This document shows, piece after piece, positions 16,871-20,466 of a stretch of 20,466 bases of DNA; within the stretch, counting starts at the first letter, position 1, and every line of letters starts with the position of its first letter. Origin of the DNA: Candidatus Heimdallarchaeota archaeon (GTDB lineage: Archaea; Asgardarchaeota; Heimdallarchaeia; Heimdallarchaeales; Kariarchaeaceae); contig WAKA01000053.1 of assembly GCA_015523565.1 (NCBI GenBank), forward strand, positions 1 through 20,466, read 5' to 3'. The notes beneath the pieces were generated by a model. It saw nothing but the letters and a program-made list of their open reading frames with translations. It did not search any database and was not told the origin of the DNA. The position numbers and the translations under genes were made by a program.

Positions 16871-17434
16871 TCATGGTACAACAATTTCATTCACTGTATT
16901 GCAATGTGGACATGTAATCATATGTTTCCCTTTTTCAAGATCTTTCCCTGCAATTTTTCTTGCACATTTGCAAACCCATCCTTTCAATTTTGCAGGATTA
17001 CCTGCAACCAATGCATGATCTGGAACTGATCTGGTGACAACTGCTCCTGCTGCAACCAATGCGTATTTCCCAACAGTGTTTCCACAAATGATGGTGCAGT
17101 TTGCCCCAAGGCTTGCTCCATCCTCAATTCTTGTTTCCACAATTTCCCAATCTCCAACAGCTCTTGGATAGAGGTCATTGGTAAATGTTACATGAGGTCC
17201 TACAAAAACATCATTTCCAATTGTCACTCCATGATAGACACTTACAAGGTTTTGAATCTTGACATTGTCTCCAATAACCACACCTGTGTCAACATAACTA
17301 CTTTTTCCAACTATTACGTTTCTCCCTAGTTTCGACCCTTCCCTTACATGGGCAAAATGCCATATCTTTGATCCTTCCCCAATATCTGCACCGTCTTCAA
17401 CAACTGCTTTTGGATGGATAAATATCTTGCTCAT
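16871..17434 (-). CDS. WbpD/WlbB-like nucleotide-sugar N-acetyltransferase (hexapeptide left-handed beta-helix) with C-terminal Cys4 cluster
   Basis: IHPKAVVE, IGEGSKIWHF, VKIQNLVSVY, GPHVTFTNDLYPR, GANCTI, AGAVVTRSVP...GNPAK and CKC...CPHC. Homology starts at M28 of the ORF (ATG 17434). Confidence 0.88.
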   Translation of the reverse strand: MSKIFIHPKAVVEDGADIGEGSKIWHFAHVREGSKLGRNVIVGKSSYVDTGVVIGDNVKIQNLVSVYHGVTIGNDVFVGPHVTFTNDLYPRAVGDWEIVETRIEDGASLGANCTIICGNTVGKYALVAAGAVVTRSVPDHALVAGNPAKLKGWVCKCARKIAGKDLEKGKHMITCPHCNTVNEIVVP

Positions 17435-17605
17435 AGGCTTACGTCCTGATTTCTTTGAAAACTTTATTGGCATATAATGAAAAAAAAGAACTGATATTTG
17501 CTCCTTACTTGACAAACAGGTAGCACCAAAGGATTGTCAATCTCACAAACTATTTAATTAGTAGATTTTGCTAGAAGATTGCTATTCGATAGAGAGGAAT
17601 TTTGA

Positions 17606-19633
17606 TTGAGGCTCGTCAAGCTTAGTATCATAATGGTGATATTCGTAGCATCGATTGCTACTCCTGTTCCAGGGACATTTGGAAATGTTGGAAATGATGA
17701 CGGAGGGATGCAGACAAATGATGGGGCAACCCTTGCCCTTGCTAGGCATCCCTTTGTTGATCCTTCGATTTATATGGAGGGATCCGTGAATCGGACAGTG
17801 ACAATCAAAAGTTCCGGTCGAGTAGTTGTAGAAGATAAAATCGTTTTGTCATTGGTGGATAATGAAACCTTCATTACTTCCGTCAATTATTCTCTGCCAA
17901 CAGTCTTCCAAAAATATGTGGAGTTCTCCAAATTTTATGTACAGTATTTTGATGATGTGGATATTGAAGATGCAAACAACAGCAGAACTCCTGATGTATT
18001 TGTCGGACAGGAATTATCAACTTATTCAATCCCTGTCGACAATGACTCACAACCTATAAGCAACAATACTGTTGATAAGGTGTATATCCAAATTACCCAT
18101 GAGGCGGCTGGTCTAATCACTTGGGGACTTCATGAGTTTGAACAAAGAGGAACTTTTGTTGCTCCTGTTCGACCTCTGCTGATTAATGCCAACGTGACCA
18201 ACAGCGAAGCAAGAATTGTTTTCGAAACAACAGGAAATGTTTTCTCTCCAGACAGCACTGGGGATTATCAATATCGAAATACACGGCTAGAATTCCATAA
18301 CCTTACTTATGCGTATTTTGATCCATATCTTGGTGCAACCAAGGATTTGGACTATTCTACTGTAATCTTTGATTCAACAACAAAACAGGAAGCTGGAGAT
18401 ACTGTTGTGGTTCCAAGTGTTTATGAAAAGATTACACGCTATGTCCGGTTTGACCCATGGGGACGTGTCTACGTGACTGAAACATTTACTGTCAGGCATA
18501 CTGGTGCTCCCCTCGATCCAAATCGTCCCTCCTATAGACGTCAATATGGTTTGGGTGGTGTTGTAGTTGGTGTCCAAACAGACGCTGTTGTTACTGATGT
18601 ATATGATAATTTCGGACGGCTTAACTTAAACAAAAGAAATGAATCAACTGGGTATCCCGAAGTCTTTGCTGCAAAGATTGAGGGTTTCAAATCTTTGGAA
18701 GTCAATTTTAGAAACACAATTTATGGTGGTGAAAAATACACCTTCACCGTAACTTATATGTTCGATGCGGAGAAGCTAATTTCATTCACCGACAATGAAT
18801 ATACATTCAATGCCACAGTTGCTTCTGTATTCAACAATACTGTTGAGAACTTGGAAGTGATCTACCAACTCCCTGAAGGTGCAAAGTTCCTAGAGCAGAA
18901 CTATTACCCCAAGAACTCAAAAACCTTAATGGATGTTGATATCAGGTCTGCACGTTATACCCTTAGTATGTTCCGCCACGTTGAAATTGTTTACAAAGGT
19001 TATAACATTACTGAATTTGATAACCGTGTCTTTCAGATCAAGTTCCAATATTCTAGGGTTTATGTCCTGACATCTCTCATTAATTATTTCATCTTGACAC
19101 TCTTTGTTATCGGTGGTTCCACTGCGCTCATATATGGACTTGCCAATCTAAGAAGAAGACTAAAGGTCAGCGATTTAGAGGAAATTGATGAGATTGCCTC
19201 TGAAAATATCCCTGTTGCAGAATTGGAAGAATTTTACAACGTGTTTACTGAAGTTCGGACTATTCACGACCGCCTTTACGATTTGGCTCAAAAATACTCC
19301 AAAGGAAAAATGTCGAAGAAAGAATATACTTCCACAGTCAATACTCTTCGAAGAAAACTAAAAGGTCTGAATCAAAAACTTGACAAGGCTGTAAGGGTCG
19401 GAAACACCCTACCACAGAAATATAGCAAGCTTGTTAATAATGTCATGCTTGCCCATCAAAAACTGGCGGACATCAGAAGTTCCATCGAAAAGAACAACAG
19501 AAAATACTTCAGAAAAGAAATTCCGAAGGATACCTATGTCAAGTTGAATGCTGAATATACAGCCCAAATGCATAAACTTGAAGGTACAATTAATCGTAAC
19601 CTTACTGAAATTACCCGATATATAACTTCTTAG
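17606..19633 (+). CDS. Ribophorin I (OST1/RPN1, oligosaccharyltransferase non-catalytic subunit) homolog
   Basis: Signal peptide, a large beta-rich extracellular region with ribophorin I-like motifs (ITRYVRFDPWGRVYVTETF, VYDNFGRL, FRNTIYGGEKYTFTVTY, IYQLPEGA), a single TM helix and a basic helical cytoplasmic domain. 12 sequons. Confidence 0.8.
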   Translation: MRLVKLSIIMVIFVASIATPVPGTFGNVGNDDGGMQTNDGATLALARHPFVDPSIYMEGSVNRTVTIKSSGRVVVEDKIVLSLVDNETFITSVNYSLPTVFQKYVEFSKFYVQYFDDVDIEDANNSRTPDVFVGQELSTYSIPVDNDSQPISNNTVDKVYIQITHEAAGLITWGLHEFEQRGTFVAPVRPLLINANVTNSEARIVFETTGNVFSPDSTGDYQYRNTRLEFHNLTYAYFDPYLGATKDLDYSTVIFDSTTKQEAGDTVVVPSVYEKITRYVRFDPWGRVYVTETFTVRHTGAPLDPNRPSYRRQYGLGGVVVGVQTDAVVTDVYDNFGRLNLNKRNESTGYPEVFAAKIEGFKSLEVNFRNTIYGGEKYTFTVTYMFDAEKLISFTDNEYTFNATVASVFNNTVENLEVIYQLPEGAKFLEQNYYPKNSKTLMDVDIRSARYTLSMFRHVEIVYKGYNITEFDNRVFQIKFQYSRVYVLTSLINYFILTLFVIGGSTALIYGLANLRRRLKVSDLEEIDEIASENIPVAELEEFYNVFTEVRTIHDRLYDLAQKYSKGKMSKKEYTSTVNTLRRKLKGLNQKLDKAVRVGNTLPQKYSKLVNNVMLAHQKLADIRSSIEKNNRKYFRKEIPKDTYVKLNAEYTAQMHKLEGTINRNLTEITRYITS

Positions 19634-19686
19634 AAACTTTAATCCATAATCAACGTCCTTATTAGGATCTTGACTCAAATAATGTT

Positions 19687-20397
19687 GTGTTTAATCTATT
19701 CAAACCTAAATTGCCCGAAAAGCAAAGTATTCCTCGTAGTAAAAAAGAATTTGAATTCCGAAAAAAATGGTATGAAAAGAGGCTGAAAGGTGAACTTATT
19801 ACTATTTATGTACCTGAAAACCTCTCTGCCAAAATATTCCCGTTAATTGGCTTAACTATATTTTTTGGGTCCATTGTCTTTATTGTTTTGGCATTTCTGA
19901 CACGAAACCTTCTTGTTTCGTTATTTTCATTTCTTATTGTTTTCTTCCTCTCCCTGAAGGCAGTAAATAAACCTTATTCCGTTATTGAACTTGATCCAAA
20001 AACCAGTAATTTTTCTTACTTTGGAATAATCACGCTAGGAGGCATTCCAAAATATGGGGAATATATTGGTCCCATTGAAGCAATTGAGGGAATACAGGTT
20101 GTCTCTCCTCCAAAAAGGGCAAAAAAATATCTTCGGCTTATTACTAATACGGGCTATTTGTTATTACCATTTGACAAGAATCTAACCCCTGAAGCAAAAC
20201 AACGTCTCATTGAACTTGATATCCTTCCAAAGGAACTTTCTCTAAAAGATGTTCCTCATAAGGATCCTAATGGCTGGAAAATTTATTTCCAGCGGGATTT
20301 CGATAGAGGCGAATTCTATAAACGACTAAAAGAAGAAAAAGAAAAAGAAAAACAGGAACGTGTACGTGCAAGACTAGAAGCAGGACGAATTGACTGA
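19687..20397 (+). CDS. Hypothetical membrane protein (two TM helices, soluble C-terminal domain)
   Basis: 236-aa ORF with a hydrophobic hairpin at about aa 50-92 and a charged C-terminal helix. Confidence 0.7.
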   Translation: MFNLFKPKLPEKQSIPRSKKEFEFRKKWYEKRLKGELITIYVPENLSAKIFPLIGLTIFFGSIVFIVLAFLTRNLLVSLFSFLIVFFLSLKAVNKPYSVIELDPKTSNFSYFGIITLGGIPKYGEYIGPIEAIEGIQVVSPPKRAKKYLRLITNTGYLLLPFDKNLTPEAKQRLIELDILPKELSLKDVPHKDPNGWKIYFQRDFDRGEFYKRLKEEKEKEKQERVRARLEAGRID

Positions 20398-20405
20398 TTT
20401 TATCT

Positions 20406-20462
20406 AAAAATATATATATGACCTGTCTATAATTAATATGTCTAAAACTGATATATGGTGAT
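20406..20462 (+). promoter_or_regulatory. Promoter (BRE/TATA), operator-like repeat and SD of the next gene beyond the window
   Basis: AAAAA-TATATATA (20406-20418), then TGACCTGTCT...ATGTC-N7-GATAT (20419-20454), then GGTGAT (20457-20462). Confidence 0.55.
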
Positions 20463-20466
20463 GCTA

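Noticed and set aside
19687-20397. 2-TM protein as an additional OST subunit
   Set aside because: Only adjacency to ribophorin I supports it. No similarity to OST2/3/4/5 is recognisable.
1-20466. CRISPR array or rRNA
   Set aside because: No regularly spaced 25-40 bp repeats or rRNA-like sequence. The window is almost entirely protein-coding.

Overview
AT-rich archaeal chromosomal window, most likely from an Asgard archaeon. That assignment is an inference from a full-length ribophorin I (OST1/RPN1) homolog alongside archaeal genes (Taw1, UPF0147, NurA, Rpa2-like OB protein) and CCA-less tRNAs. Order: 3' end of a subtilisin-like S8 protease, a membrane-anchored surface glycoprotein, a type III restriction-modification pair (mod, res), etfBA, an orphan nurA, ftsZ with a long N-terminal extension, taw1, UPF0147, an atypical tRNA-Ser(CGA), a Cys/His-rich mini-protein, ccdA with an exported thioredoxin, tRNA-Pro(CGG), a three-CxxC His-tailed protein, a PadR-TRASH regulator, an Rpa2-like protein, a SAM methyltransferase, a WbpD-like N-acetyltransferase, ribophorin I and a 2-TM membrane protein. 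The best candidate for an undescribed system is a metal/thiol-redox regulon: a PadR-TRASH sensor, small Cys/His proteins, CcdA/thioredoxin, and a shared operator-like ATGTC-N7-GATAT motif found at two promoters 7.4 kb apart. No CRISPR array, integrase or transposase was seen. All family assignments are from motif recognition by eye, not database searches.
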